Below, one piece after another: positions 8,966-17,121 of a stretch of 26,018 nt of DNA (position 1 is the stretch's first letter; the number at the start of each line of letters is the position of its first letter). The stretch spans positions 1-26,018 of the IMG/VR virus record IMGVR_UViG_3300005739_000634; one strand, given 5' to 3'. A model generated the notes under the pieces. That model saw only the letters and a program-made list of their open reading frames with translations. It was not told the origin of the DNA and did no database searches. Source of the stretch: a virus. Lineage: Duplodnaviria > Caudoviricetes. The translations under genes and the position numbers were made by a program.

Positions 8966-10605
8966 GAGTGAAGAGATAATATAGATTTATCGGAATTTTT
9001 ATTTAGTTCAATTGTAGAAACAATGTCTTGTTTTGTCCAGGTTTGACCTTGGTTCAAATCTCTTCCGCTATTTTGTTGTTCTAAATGCTTAAAAACATAT
9101 AAATTGGGGTAGAATGTATTACAGAAATTAGCGTAAGTTTCATACTCTGAAAAATGAAATGCAACGTTAGTTTTTGGGCCAATAATCTTTAATAATTCGG
9201 TAGGAGATTTAATACCAGTATGGTTTAAAAACGTCTGAATAATATTTTTATTGAAGAGTCCTAAATCACCAATACCGGTATGTTCAAGAGATTTATCGAG
9301 ATTAAAGAACTTCTTATTAAAAAGAAAATAAGGAAAGTGATTTTGCTTCCAGCCATAATACCAAATTGGAAGTTCTTTTTCAAAAAGAGGAAGATCTTTT
9401 ATAATAATAGTATCTGCATCTAAAGCAAAATAGTATTCTGATTCACTTTGATTAAAAAATAGTTTTAAAAATTGTTGATATGTCCAGTTTGGTCGAAAAG
9501 AAATAAATGATTTATCGGGTACGTCTAAAACATCTTTGTCATTGATATATATAATATTATTATCGGTTATTTTATTAGTAATAGTATGTGGGGAGCAAAC
9601 AAATATTTTTTTGTGTTTGAGATGTTTATTAGCGTACCCAATAACATAAGGGAGTTTTATTTCGTCTTTTGGAGCAACTGGTATAAAGAGATCGTAGTCT
9701 TGTTTTGTAGTTACTTGTAATTTGTCAAAGTTATTACTGACAAGCTGTATTTGATTTAATTGACCGAAATGTTGTTTTTCTAGTTCTGCTTCATTTAGAA
9801 ATGGTTGATACCATTTGCAGTTATTTACTGTAGGTCGTTTAAGAAGTATATTTTGTACATAGCTAAACCACATATGACCTATTATCATATTACGTTTAAA
9901 GATGTCTTCATTATAGTAATTTTCAATTGTTTTATCATTCGATGTACTGCTATGCTCAATATGAAAGCACACTGGGGGTAACTTGTTAATGTTTTTACAT
10001 TTACACAATAAATTAAACATTGTAGCAAAATATGTATCCCAATAGAAACGTCCTAAAATTAAATCTTCAAAGCTATTACGAATTTTAAACCATGTTTCTT
10101 TTTTAACTAAAAAAGCATCGAATCCATGTACAGAGTACGATTCAAGCTTTGGAATATCGCTTAAAGAGTCTATATCAAAAATATGCATTCTTGATATAGG
10201 GTAACATTCAATACCACTTTCTATTTCTTTAAAGATTCTATTAGATAAAATAATATCGTTGTTTAAGAAAAGAAAATAATCACAATCTGTATTAGCTAAT
10301 ACGTCAAAAATTTCTTTAACGGACGGTAATTCTTTTTTATTGTTATCAATTTCTTGTTTGCGGAGATTATATTCGTTTATTAGCCCTTCATGTTGAAAGT
10401 AATCATGAATTAAATTGTTAGATTTTTTTGTGAGTTTATTAAGTGTGGTGAAGTTTTTATACTGAATATTTTCGTTTTCAAAACAAACATTATATAAAGT
10501 TATGTTATCATTTTTAATCTTTAAAAGAGAATCAATACAAAACTTTTCTCTTTTTTCGAGATCTTTATACTCTTTAAATCCGTTAATGCCTATAGAAATT
10601 TTCAT
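8953..10605 (-). CDS. Two-domain putative glycosyltransferase (two GT-A-like modules)
   Basis: The N-domain has 'YFLFLNNDIILS...GFDAF...YWD...HIEH'. The C-domain has 'DLFIPVAPKD...WTYQQFLKL...YYFALDADTII...FSEYETY'. Confidence 0.65.
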   Translation of the reverse strand: MKISIGINGFKEYKDLEKREKFCIDSLLKIKNDNITLYNVCFENENIQYKNFTTLNKLTKKSNNLIHDYFQHEGLINEYNLRKQEIDNNKKELPSVKEIFDVLANTDCDYFLFLNNDIILSNRIFKEIESGIECYPISRMHIFDIDSLSDIPKLESYSVHGFDAFLVKKETWFKIRNSFEDLILGRFYWDTYFATMFNLLCKCKNINKLPPVCFHIEHSSTSNDKTIENYYNEDIFKRNMIIGHMWFSYVQNILLKRPTVNNCKWYQPFLNEAELEKQHFGQLNQIQLVSNNFDKLQVTTKQDYDLFIPVAPKDEIKLPYVIGYANKHLKHKKIFVCSPHTITNKITDNNIIYINDKDVLDVPDKSFISFRPNWTYQQFLKLFFNQSESEYYFALDADTIIIKDLPLFEKELPIWYYGWKQNHFPYFLFNKKFFNLDKSLEHTGIGDLGLFNKNIIQTFLNHTGIKSPTELLKIIGPKTNVAFHFSEYETYANFCNTFYPNLYVFKHLEQQNSGRDLNQGQTWTKQDIVSTIELNKNSDKSILSLHSWKI

Positions 10606-11378
10606 AGTTTAAGTTTTTTTAGTTTAGCAATTACTTCTTCTTTTTGAGTATCAGGTATCTGATTAACCATCAATCCATGTTTTTGAATAAAATATTGCCA
10701 CTCTTTTTGTATTCTTTGTTCTCTAGATCCGTCAGGCCTATTACCTTGCAATCTCGAAACAGCATTTGGGTTGTTTTGTATCAAATTATCTGAATTAGTA
10801 ATGTCAGCAAACCACCAAAATGGAGCTGCATAGTCTTGTTGGGCCTCTCTATAAGCCATATCAATGTCCCAGGGATCTCGGTAATTAGTATCGTATAGTC
10901 CCACTTTTTCATAACAAGATCTGTGATGATAGGTAAACTCATTACACATATTTTGAAAGAACGATATACTAATGTTATTTTTATACTCTACTGTAAGTCG
11001 AGGTGTTCGTTTACCGGGTATACCTGATTCCCAAGACGTTGAGACAAAAGAGAAGTATTTCAATCCCGATTCTTTAAAAGCTTGTATATATTTGTCAAAG
11101 ATGTCAGCGGACTTTAGAATCATATCATCTTCAATAATAAAGATATGTTCGCAGTTTCGTTGAAGTAAAAAGTTTACACAGTCATTTCTACATACAGATG
11201 GATAAACGTTTTCAATATGTTGTATCCAGTTACTGGTATATTTGTTTTTGTATGGTTCTCCGCCATTAACAGTTACTAAAACATCAATTTTATCTAAAGG
11301 TAAAGAACTATAAAGAGTATCATAGTACTCTTCAGAATTATACGTTGTTATACCAACTCCTATCTTACCCTTGTCCAT
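10602..11378 (-). CDS. GT2-like glycosyltransferase
   Basis: IGVGITTYN...RN...HIFIIEDDM...VGLYD. Tandem paralog of 11365..12159 sharing the P(F/P)xWFADI motif. Confidence 0.82.
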   Translation of the reverse strand: MDKGKIGVGITTYNSEEYYDTLYSSLPLDKIDVLVTVNGGEPYKNKYTSNWIQHIENVYPSVCRNDCVNFLLQRNCEHIFIIEDDMILKSADIFDKYIQAFKESGLKYFSFVSTSWESGIPGKRTPRLTVEYKNNISISFFQNMCNEFTYHHRSCYEKVGLYDTNYRDPWDIDMAYREAQQDYAAPFWWFADITNSDNLIQNNPNAVSRLQGNRPDGSREQRIQKEWQYFIQKHGLMVNQIPDTQKEEVIAKLKKLKL

Positions 11379-12159
11379 ACTGTTTTTTAATCTGTTTTAT
11401 AGTGTTTATAGTTTCTTCTTTAAAAGCTACTGTTGCATGTGGATTACGAACATCAAATCCGTTTTTTTTAGCAAAATAATTAGCTGCTTTATGAAAGTTT
11501 TCAATCCATTTCTGATCTCTGCGAATTTCAGAACCAGAATGTGCTCTGTCAATTTCTTCAATATATTTGTTACTATCTGCAATGTCAGCAAACCAACGGA
11601 ACGGGGGATGCATGCCGGCTTTAATAATTTGTTGAGTGTGACAGACATGCTCTAAAGCATTATAATAAAATTCATCCATGAGACCAACTTCTTCAACACA
11701 CTTTTTTGTATACATTGAAAATGCACCATAGACATTAGGGTACAAACAAACTGAAACTGTTGGTGAATAATCTAGTTTTAAACGCACTGCAGGAGAACCG
11801 TCTGGTAGGTAGTTGTCAACACCGTGAAAAGCAAAATTAAAATGCTGAATACCAGATAGTTTTGAAGCTTCTACATACTTTTCAAAAACTGTTTTATCTT
11901 TAATAACAATGTCATCCTCTAGAAGAAAAATATAATCGTTGTCTTTGAGATATTTCAAAGCTTGGTTTTTAGCTTTACCGACTCCTTGTTTAGAAGGGGT
12001 GTTATTATGTGTTTTTAATCTTCCGCCGTTAATTTGTTTTTCACCGTCATTAATAATATAAAAATCAGAAACAGTAATACCCTCTAAAGACTTGACTAAC
12101 TTTTTCAAATAATCAGGTCTGTCACAAGTAATAATTCCCAGGCCAATTTTAGTGCTCAT
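11365..12159 (-). CDS. GT2-like glycosyltransferase
   Basis: IGLGIITCDRPDYL...GVGKAKNQAL...YIFLLEDDI...VGLMDE.F...EH. Its start overlaps the gp47 stop. Confidence 0.85.
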   Translation of the reverse strand: MSTKIGLGIITCDRPDYLKKLVKSLEGITVSDFYIINDGEKQINGGRLKTHNNTPSKQGVGKAKNQALKYLKDNDYIFLLEDDIVIKDKTVFEKYVEASKLSGIQHFNFAFHGVDNYLPDGSPAVRLKLDYSPTVSVCLYPNVYGAFSMYTKKCVEEVGLMDEFYYNALEHVCHTQQIIKAGMHPPFRWFADIADSNKYIEEIDRAHSGSEIRRDQKWIENFHKAANYFAKKNGFDVRNPHATVAFKEETINTIKQIKKQYGQG

Positions 12160-13210
12160 TTACAGTTTGTGAAATACGATATAGATCAATACATTTATCA
12201 AGAATATCTTTTTTAGGCACGGGTGTATCTAGAAGGTTAATAAATTCATGCAATGCTGTATCTATGTCAATTGATACTTCGTTAAGTTCAGTTGCTGATA
12301 ACTGAACTGCTTCAAAGATGTTAAAATCTGTTCTAACATGCTTGGGTTTGTATTGACCGAACTTTGAAAGCATTACGTTAAGAATTTGCTCGTTAACATT
12401 TCGGTCAACGCAGAGACTAACAAAGTTATTTTGTAGTTCTGTTGAAATGTTTTCTAAAGCAATTTTACCATCTAAAAGCTCTGAAATTTTAATTTTTTTA
12501 TGCTTGGGTGTTATATTATTCTCAACAAGCTCGAGTGAAAGGTCATCAGTATCAAGAATAGTAAATCCTTTTACTTGATCCCTATCACCAAAGTCAAGTT
12601 CGTGAGGGGACCCAAGATAGATAATGGATTTACCGTTTGTATACTTTCTGTGATCTCGGCAATGAAAGTGACCTGTAATAACAAGCTTTGTCTTATCGAG
12701 TAATGATTCACTTTCAACACCGTGATCACAGACTTTATGGGCGTTCATTTTGAAGTTAAGAATCTCAAAATGCCCGATAACTACATCACATGGCGGAATT
12801 TCTTCTACAGGTACACCCCACGGACAAAAACAAAACACTTTACCGTTTAATGTAACAGTTTTAAGGTCTTTAAAGACAGTTACATTTTTATAACCATCAA
12901 GAATGGAGATAGAGTTAATATCAGATTTATCTTTGTAGTAACAGTCATGATTACCAGTAATAGCTAAAATATTGTAGTTCTTTAAAATATCAAAGAACTC
13001 ATATGCACAGTGAATAGTGTTGACACCAATTTCATGCCTATTGTGGAATATATCTCCAGCAATAATAATATCTTTAATGCCGTGAAGCTTAAGCTCTTTA
13101 TCAAACCATTTAGCAAAATCTATAGCAATATTGTGCCAGGTTTGTGCGTTTTGATGAACACCTAAATGGATATCAGATATACAAGCTACTTTATTAGAAC
13201 TAAACTGCAT
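12149..13210 (-). CDS. gp47: T4 gp47-like recombination endonuclease nuclease subunit (SbcD/Mre11 metallophosphoesterase)
   Basis: Motifs SDIHLG, AGDIFH, GNHD, GHFE, GHFH and YLGSP. It lies next to gp55 as in T4-like phages. Confidence 0.93.
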   Translation of the reverse strand: MQFSSNKVACISDIHLGVHQNAQTWHNIAIDFAKWFDKELKLHGIKDIIIAGDIFHNRHEIGVNTIHCAYEFFDILKNYNILAITGNHDCYYKDKSDINSISILDGYKNVTVFKDLKTVTLNGKVFCFCPWGVPVEEIPPCDVVIGHFEILNFKMNAHKVCDHGVESESLLDKTKLVITGHFHCRDHRKYTNGKSIIYLGSPHELDFGDRDQVKGFTILDTDDLSLELVENNITPKHKKIKISELLDGKIALENISTELQNNFVSLCVDRNVNEQILNVMLSKFGQYKPKHVRTDFNIFEAVQLSATELNEVSIDIDTALHEFINLLDTPVPKKDILDKCIDLYRISQTVNEH

Positions 13211-13773
13211 TATGCGTTTTCCGGACGAAAAGAATCATCATACTCGGTATCAAATTTCGAATTCTTTTGAAAGGGGATTTGACCGGATTCAGTAAGAAGG
13301 GAATAAACTTCATTCTGATAACGATGAATTGTATCGTGTTCTTTCTTTTCTTTCTTAATACGGTTTTGAAATGCCCGATAAGCAACTTTGGTAAAATACG
13401 AGAACGGATTATAGCCGGAATTACACTTAAAACGTTTACGGGTCAAAGCTGTAATCATTTTAATAATTGCATCTCCAATCATTTCTTCTTTATAGGAGTA
13501 GTTAATAAAATTCTGAGCGTACCCGAGGCGAGTGGCAATTTTTTGAATCATATCAGCAAGATCTGAGGGAATATCTTTACCGCCAGCTTTATAATACTGA
13601 GAGATTAGATTCTCCATTTCAATAGGATCTACGTAGTTAGGTTTAAGTTCTTCTTTAGTACGACGAACTCTTTTCTTCTTTATCTTAATATCTGAGTCCC
13701 AAAGAGAAGAAAAGTCTTCTTCATTAGGATCGTAACTAAAATCTTCATCTTTAATTTTTCTACGACGACGCAT
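13210..13773 (-). CDS. gp55: T4 gp55-like late-transcription sigma factor
   Basis: 'NYVD...IQKIATRL....NFINYSYKEEMIGDAI...F....YNPFSYFTKVAYRAFQNRIKKEKK' is the gp55 signature. Start reassigned to the ATG at 13773 (MRRRRK). Confidence 0.92.
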   Translation of the reverse strand: MRRRRKIKDEDFSYDPNEEDFSSLWDSDIKIKKKRVRRTKEELKPNYVDPIEMENLISQYYKAGGKDIPSDLADMIQKIATRLGYAQNFINYSYKEEMIGDAIIKMITALTRKRFKCNSGYNPFSYFTKVAYRAFQNRIKKEKKEHDTIHRYQNEVYSLLTESGQIPFQKNSKFDTEYDDSFRPENA

Positions 13774-13781
13774 AATAGATA

Positions 13782-13809
13782 AGTGTATTATAAAACAACA
13801 AATAATCAA
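13782..13809 (-). promoter_or_regulatory. Sigma70-type promoter upstream of gp55
   Basis: Minus strand reads TTGATT-N16-TACACT-N8-ATG. An overlapping TATAAT is also present. Confidence 0.55.
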
Positions 13810-15251
13810 CTTTCATTTAATTCAGTTACAGAATACGGAATTTGTTCTCTATCGTAGAGTGCTAAACGTTCTATGACATGTTTGTTTCCGTATCTTAAAT
13901 TGTCCCAAATATCAAAAATGGTTGCTCGTTTTTTACTAGCATGTTTTCTCAAACTTCTGCCGATTGACTGAATAATTTTAATCCGAGCTTTACCGATAGC
14001 AGCAAAAATAATATTATGAAGGTTTTTAATATTAATACCTGTAGAAAATATTTTTGAAATGGCAATACAAGCGACATTATCTTGTTCTTCCATAAGCTTA
14101 CGAATCATTTCTCGCTCTTCAATCTCTACAGCCCCATGAACAAAATGAACCTCTTTATCGGTATTAGCTTGAAGTACCTTTAAGAGCTCTTCACCATGGG
14201 CAATTCGATCAACCATTATGAGAGTATTTTTATCTGCTTTATTGACAAGCTTTGTTATGATAGCATTTCTAAATGAGTTAGTTTGCAGCCAAGTAATTTC
14301 TTCTTCATAACCTGCAGTAGGATTATGCATAGAAGAGGTAGTAAATTGTGGTACATTACTATACGACAGCTTAAGTGCAGCTACATGTACTTGAGAGATA
14401 TACTTCTGTTCTCTAAGATCAGCTGACTGTTTGAAATAAATTACTTTACCTATCTTGCCGTAAATGTTCCATTGGTCGATTTTATAGTCTGGCAGAGTTC
14501 CTGTAAGTCCGTAGCGAAATACTGCAGGAATTTGATCCACCACTTTATTAATTTTGTTTCCATAGCGAATTTTATGTACTTCATCTATAACAAGTAATTT
14601 TATATTTTTAAGTAAAGATAAATCTTGTTTTTCAGAAAGTAAAATTTGTGCATTTGAAATTACTATCTTAGCGTTCTTATCTGGTTCAGTAGAGCCAGTC
14701 CACTTAGTAATTTCATTTTCTGATATACCATATTCAATAAAATCAGAATAAGTTTGTGCTACAAGCTGTATATCAGGTACAAGGATTAAAGCTTTTGCAT
14801 CGTGCTGTTGTTGAATAGATTTTACTAGTAAAGCTATAACGAGTGTCTTTCCCGCTGAGGTTGGTAAGACAATAACCCCTGATTTATTTTTTAAAGCCGT
14901 TAGTACCGATTCTTCTTGATAGTCTCTAGGGTTTAAATTTAATTTAACAAGCTCTTCTTTGAGATCGGGAATATTAATGACACATCGAAATTTGTCAGTT
15001 ACTTCAACATTAAATTGAATATCTTGTTTTTGTAGGAACTGTATAATTGAATAAACAAGCCTTGGTTCAAATCTACCTTGAGGTGTAATGCTATAAAGTC
15101 TAGTTTGAGGCCTGTAACCAACTGCAAAGCGACGTTTAAAGACTTGCTGTTTGTCTTCAACCGAAAAATGTTCTCGAATATTAGGAAGATAATCTGAAAT
15201 TATTACGCCCTTTTTGCGAGAAGAATCATAATCAAAAGTTACATTTACCAT
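13806..15251 (-). CDS. uvsW: UvsW-like superfamily 2 DNA helicase
   Basis: PRDYQ, LPTSAGKT, IDEVH, GLTGT, FSTGINIKNL and IIQSIGRSLR. Adjacent to uvsY. Confidence 0.93.
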   Translation of the reverse strand: MVNVTFDYDSSRKKGVIISDYLPNIREHFSVEDKQQVFKRRFAVGYRPQTRLYSITPQGRFEPRLVYSIIQFLQKQDIQFNVEVTDKFRCVINIPDLKEELVKLNLNPRDYQEESVLTALKNKSGVIVLPTSAGKTLVIALLVKSIQQQHDAKALILVPDIQLVAQTYSDFIEYGISENEITKWTGSTEPDKNAKIVISNAQILLSEKQDLSLLKNIKLLVIDEVHKIRYGNKINKVVDQIPAVFRYGLTGTLPDYKIDQWNIYGKIGKVIYFKQSADLREQKYISQVHVAALKLSYSNVPQFTTSSMHNPTAGYEEEITWLQTNSFRNAIITKLVNKADKNTLIMVDRIAHGEELLKVLQANTDKEVHFVHGAVEIEEREMIRKLMEEQDNVACIAISKIFSTGINIKNLHNIIFAAIGKARIKIIQSIGRSLRKHASKKRATIFDIWDNLRYGNKHVIERLALYDREQIPYSVTELNES

Positions 15252-15670
15252 TACGTAGTTTCAAGTTTGACAATCTCAATAAGATTCTTAATGTCAAACG
15301 AAATAGATCTAAAGTTAGCTTCAATTTTACCAAGATACTCAACAATTAAATCATGCTCAGCAATTTGACCGTCGATCTTAGCTATAAGGGGATGATTTTG
15401 TTGAGCTTGTTCTAAGGTTTTTGGATTAAGACCAACAGGAGATTCGTGTTCGAGTTTATCAGCAATTTTTTTCTGTGCTTCTTTTCTGAGTTTTTTAAGC
15501 TTTAAAATTTCTTGTTTATGGAACATAAGACGGCCGACCCAGTAGTGACGCGTTGCCGGCAGATCCATTTGAACCTGCTTCATATTAAACTCGTCTACTG
15601 TAACGTATTTTTTGATCTCTTCGTTGTATTTTTCAATCAACGAAATAACTGACTGTTCTTGGTCTTCCAT
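15251..15670 (-). CDS. uvsY: UvsY-like recombination mediator
   Basis: 139-aa helical protein ending 'VEYL.KIE.NF.S.SFDIKNLIEI.KLE', immediately upstream of uvsW. Confidence 0.75.
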   Translation of the reverse strand: MEDQEQSVISLIEKYNEEIKKYVTVDEFNMKQVQMDLPATRHYWVGRLMFHKQEILKLKKLRKEAQKKIADKLEHESPVGLNPKTLEQAQQNHPLIAKIDGQIAEHDLIVEYLGKIEANFRSISFDIKNLIEIVKLETT

Positions 15671-15684
15671 AGCTAGTACCTTAT

Positions 15685-15712
15685 ATAATAGCTTCTTTTA
15701 GATAAGAAACAA
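15685..15712 (-). promoter_or_regulatory. Sigma70-type promoter heading the uvsY-uvsW-gp55-gp47-glycan-gp46 run
   Basis: Minus strand reads TTGTTT-N16-TATTAT-N14-ATG in the divergent intergenic region. Confidence 0.55.
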
Positions 15713-15713
15713 C

Positions 15714-15723
15714 TTAAATAATA
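15714..15723 (+). promoter_or_regulatory. Putative gp55 late promoter (TTAAATAATA)
   Basis: The TAAATA core lies 6 nt before the ATG at 15727. The identical decamer precedes four other plus-strand genes. The T4 late consensus is TATAAATA. Confidence 0.7.
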
Positions 15724-15726
15724 TAT

Positions 15727-15867
15727 ATGCAATCGTTTAAGCAATTTTTAGCTGAAAAAAAAGAAAAGCGTAGATTAGATCCTAAATGCTGGAAAGGTTA
15801 TCGCAAAGCTGGTACCAAACTCAAAGACGGTACCAGAGTAAATAAATGTGTTAAAGTAAGCAAATGA
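15727..15867 (+). CDS. 46-aa basic peptide with a CWKGY...CVK motif and a capsid-targeting-like N-terminus
   Basis: Not in the ORF track. Translates to MQSFKQFLAEKKEKRRLDPKCWKGYRKAGTKLKDGTRVNKCVKVSK. It follows a late motif and its stop overlaps the next ATG (ATGA). Confidence 0.85.
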   Translation: MQSFKQFLAEKKEKRRLDPKCWKGYRKAGTKLKDGTRVNKCVKVSK

Positions 15868-16079
15868 TTAATTTAGAAAAAATAATTTTGGATGTTTTAA
15901 ACGAGCAAAATGTAGCTGGTGCAGTTTTAGGGGCTCCGGCAGCTGGTACTTCTCAATTTTCAGGGGACACATATGCTCCTGGAGATACACGCATTCCTTA
16001 CTCCATATATGGTAAGGGTGGTGTAATGACTCGGGGAGGCTTAATTAAAGGCAAGAAAAAGCGTAAAAAGAAACGCTAA
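15864..16079 (+). CDS. Small hypothetical protein with a basic C-terminal tail (possible internal head or DNA-binding peptide)
   Basis: Coupled to the upstream peptide. G/A/P-rich core ending in KGKKKRKKKR. Confidence 0.7.
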   Translation: MINLEKIILDVLNEQNVAGAVLGAPAAGTSQFSGDTYAPGDTRIPYSIYGKGGVMTRGGLIKGKKKRKKKR

Positions 16080-16088
16080 TCTGCCTTT

Positions 16089-16508
16089 ATGGATACCGGT
16101 CATTGGCTCATTAACGAAAACGTTTATATACATGAAAATATGTTTGGTTTTATCTATGAGATAACCAACAAAATTAACGGCAAAAAATATATTGGTAAAA
16201 AGCAGTGTGTCCGTAAAATTAAGCGCAAACCTCTCAAAGGTAAGACCCGTAATAGAATAGATCAAAAAGAATCAGACTGGAAAACTTATACGTCATCTTC
16301 AAAAGAGCTTAACGAAGATATACAAAAATACGGAAAAGAAAATTTTGAGTTTCGTATTTTAAAAGTTTGTGGTTCAAAGTGGGAGCTCGGGTATGAGGAA
16401 ATAAAAGAACAAATTGCTCGCGACGTTCTTCGTAGAGATGACTATTACAACGGAATTATAAATGTTCGGATTGGGACTCCTCCTAAGAGCCTCTTAAATA
16501 ATACATAA
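16089..16508 (+). CDS. GIY-YIG nuclease (Seg-like catalytic domain only)
   Basis: FGFIYEITNKINGKKYIGKK...YTSSS...DI.KYGKENF.F.IL...E......L....YYN. Confidence 0.85.
   Translation: MDTGHWLINENVYIHENMFGFIYEITNKINGKKYIGKKQCVRKIKRKPLKGKTRNRIDQKESDWKTYTSSSKELNEDIQKYGKENFEFRILKVCGSKWELGYEEIKEQIARDVLRRDDYYNGIINVRIGTPPKSLLNNT
16494..16503 (+). promoter_or_regulatory. Putative late promoter (TTAAATAATA)
   Basis: The TAAATA core lies 7 nt before the ATG at 16508. Confidence 0.65.
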
Positions 16509-17119
16509 TGGAATTAATTGACGAAAAGAAAGTTTCTGCTTTTAAGCCTGTTTCAAGATGTATGTATTGTAATTCTACATCTTATGGTAAGGGTTGCAAA
16601 TATGCTCCAAAAGGTGTGCATTTTCATCCCGATGATGCTAAAAAGTGTTCGTATTGTGGCTCGATGTCTTTTGGTCGCGGATGTCGTATGAATCCGTTTT
16701 CTGATCTCCATCTTCATGGTATTGATTACAACAAAATGTTTAATGAATCTTTTAAAAATAAATTTTTAACTCAGCAGCTTAATAAAAACTTTACTGACTT
16801 TGAAGCTTACAAACTCGGCATAATAAATGAAAAAGGTGATAAAATTAAAGAGCCTATTACCGAACAAGAAAAAGCTGCTTACTCACCAGAAACAAAAACA
16901 ATCCTTAAGATTAAAAAATATCTCGGATCAAAGTTAGATCTTATTAATCAAACTGCTATTTTAGAAAATACAACAAAACAAGGCTACAATAAAGATAACC
17001 ACAAAACATTTTTAGAATACGAACAAAAAATAAATGATATTTTTGCCCAACTTCATGAAATAACTGATAATGCTTTAAAAGATGGCTTGACCCTAGAGCA
17101 AGTTCAGGCATTATTATAA
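16508..17119 (+). CDS. Hypothetical protein with two tandem Cys/His (Zn-binding-like) repeats and an 'AYKLGII' domain
   Basis: Repeats CMYCNSTSYGKGCKYAPKGVHFH and CSYCGSMSFGRGCRMNPFSDLHLH, followed by 'EAYKLGIINEKG...EQEKAAY', which I recall from T4-like phage hypothetical proteins. Confidence 0.7.
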   Translation: MELIDEKKVSAFKPVSRCMYCNSTSYGKGCKYAPKGVHFHPDDAKKCSYCGSMSFGRGCRMNPFSDLHLHGIDYNKMFNESFKNKFLTQQLNKNFTDFEAYKLGIINEKGDKIKEPITEQEKAAYSPETKTILKIKKYLGSKLDLINQTAILENTTKQGYNKDNHKTFLEYEQKINDIFAQLHEITDNALKDGLTLEQVQALL

Positions 17120-17121
17120 TA

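Noticed and set aside
154-12159. Bacterial O-antigen/capsule locus or giant-virus glycosylation cluster
   Set aside because: It is flanked by and coupled to T4-type gp47 and gp46, with gp55, UvsW, UvsY and gp61 nearby. No wzx/wzy/ABC export genes or NCLDV markers are present.
103-13566. Short alternative ORFs in the track (103..291, 210..419, 1993..2178, 2841..3272, 3960..4154, 5036..5254, 10972..11163, 11371..11655, 11427..11648, 13200..13385, 13267..13566)
   Set aside because: They are antisense or out-of-frame shadows of well-supported genes, with no motifs.
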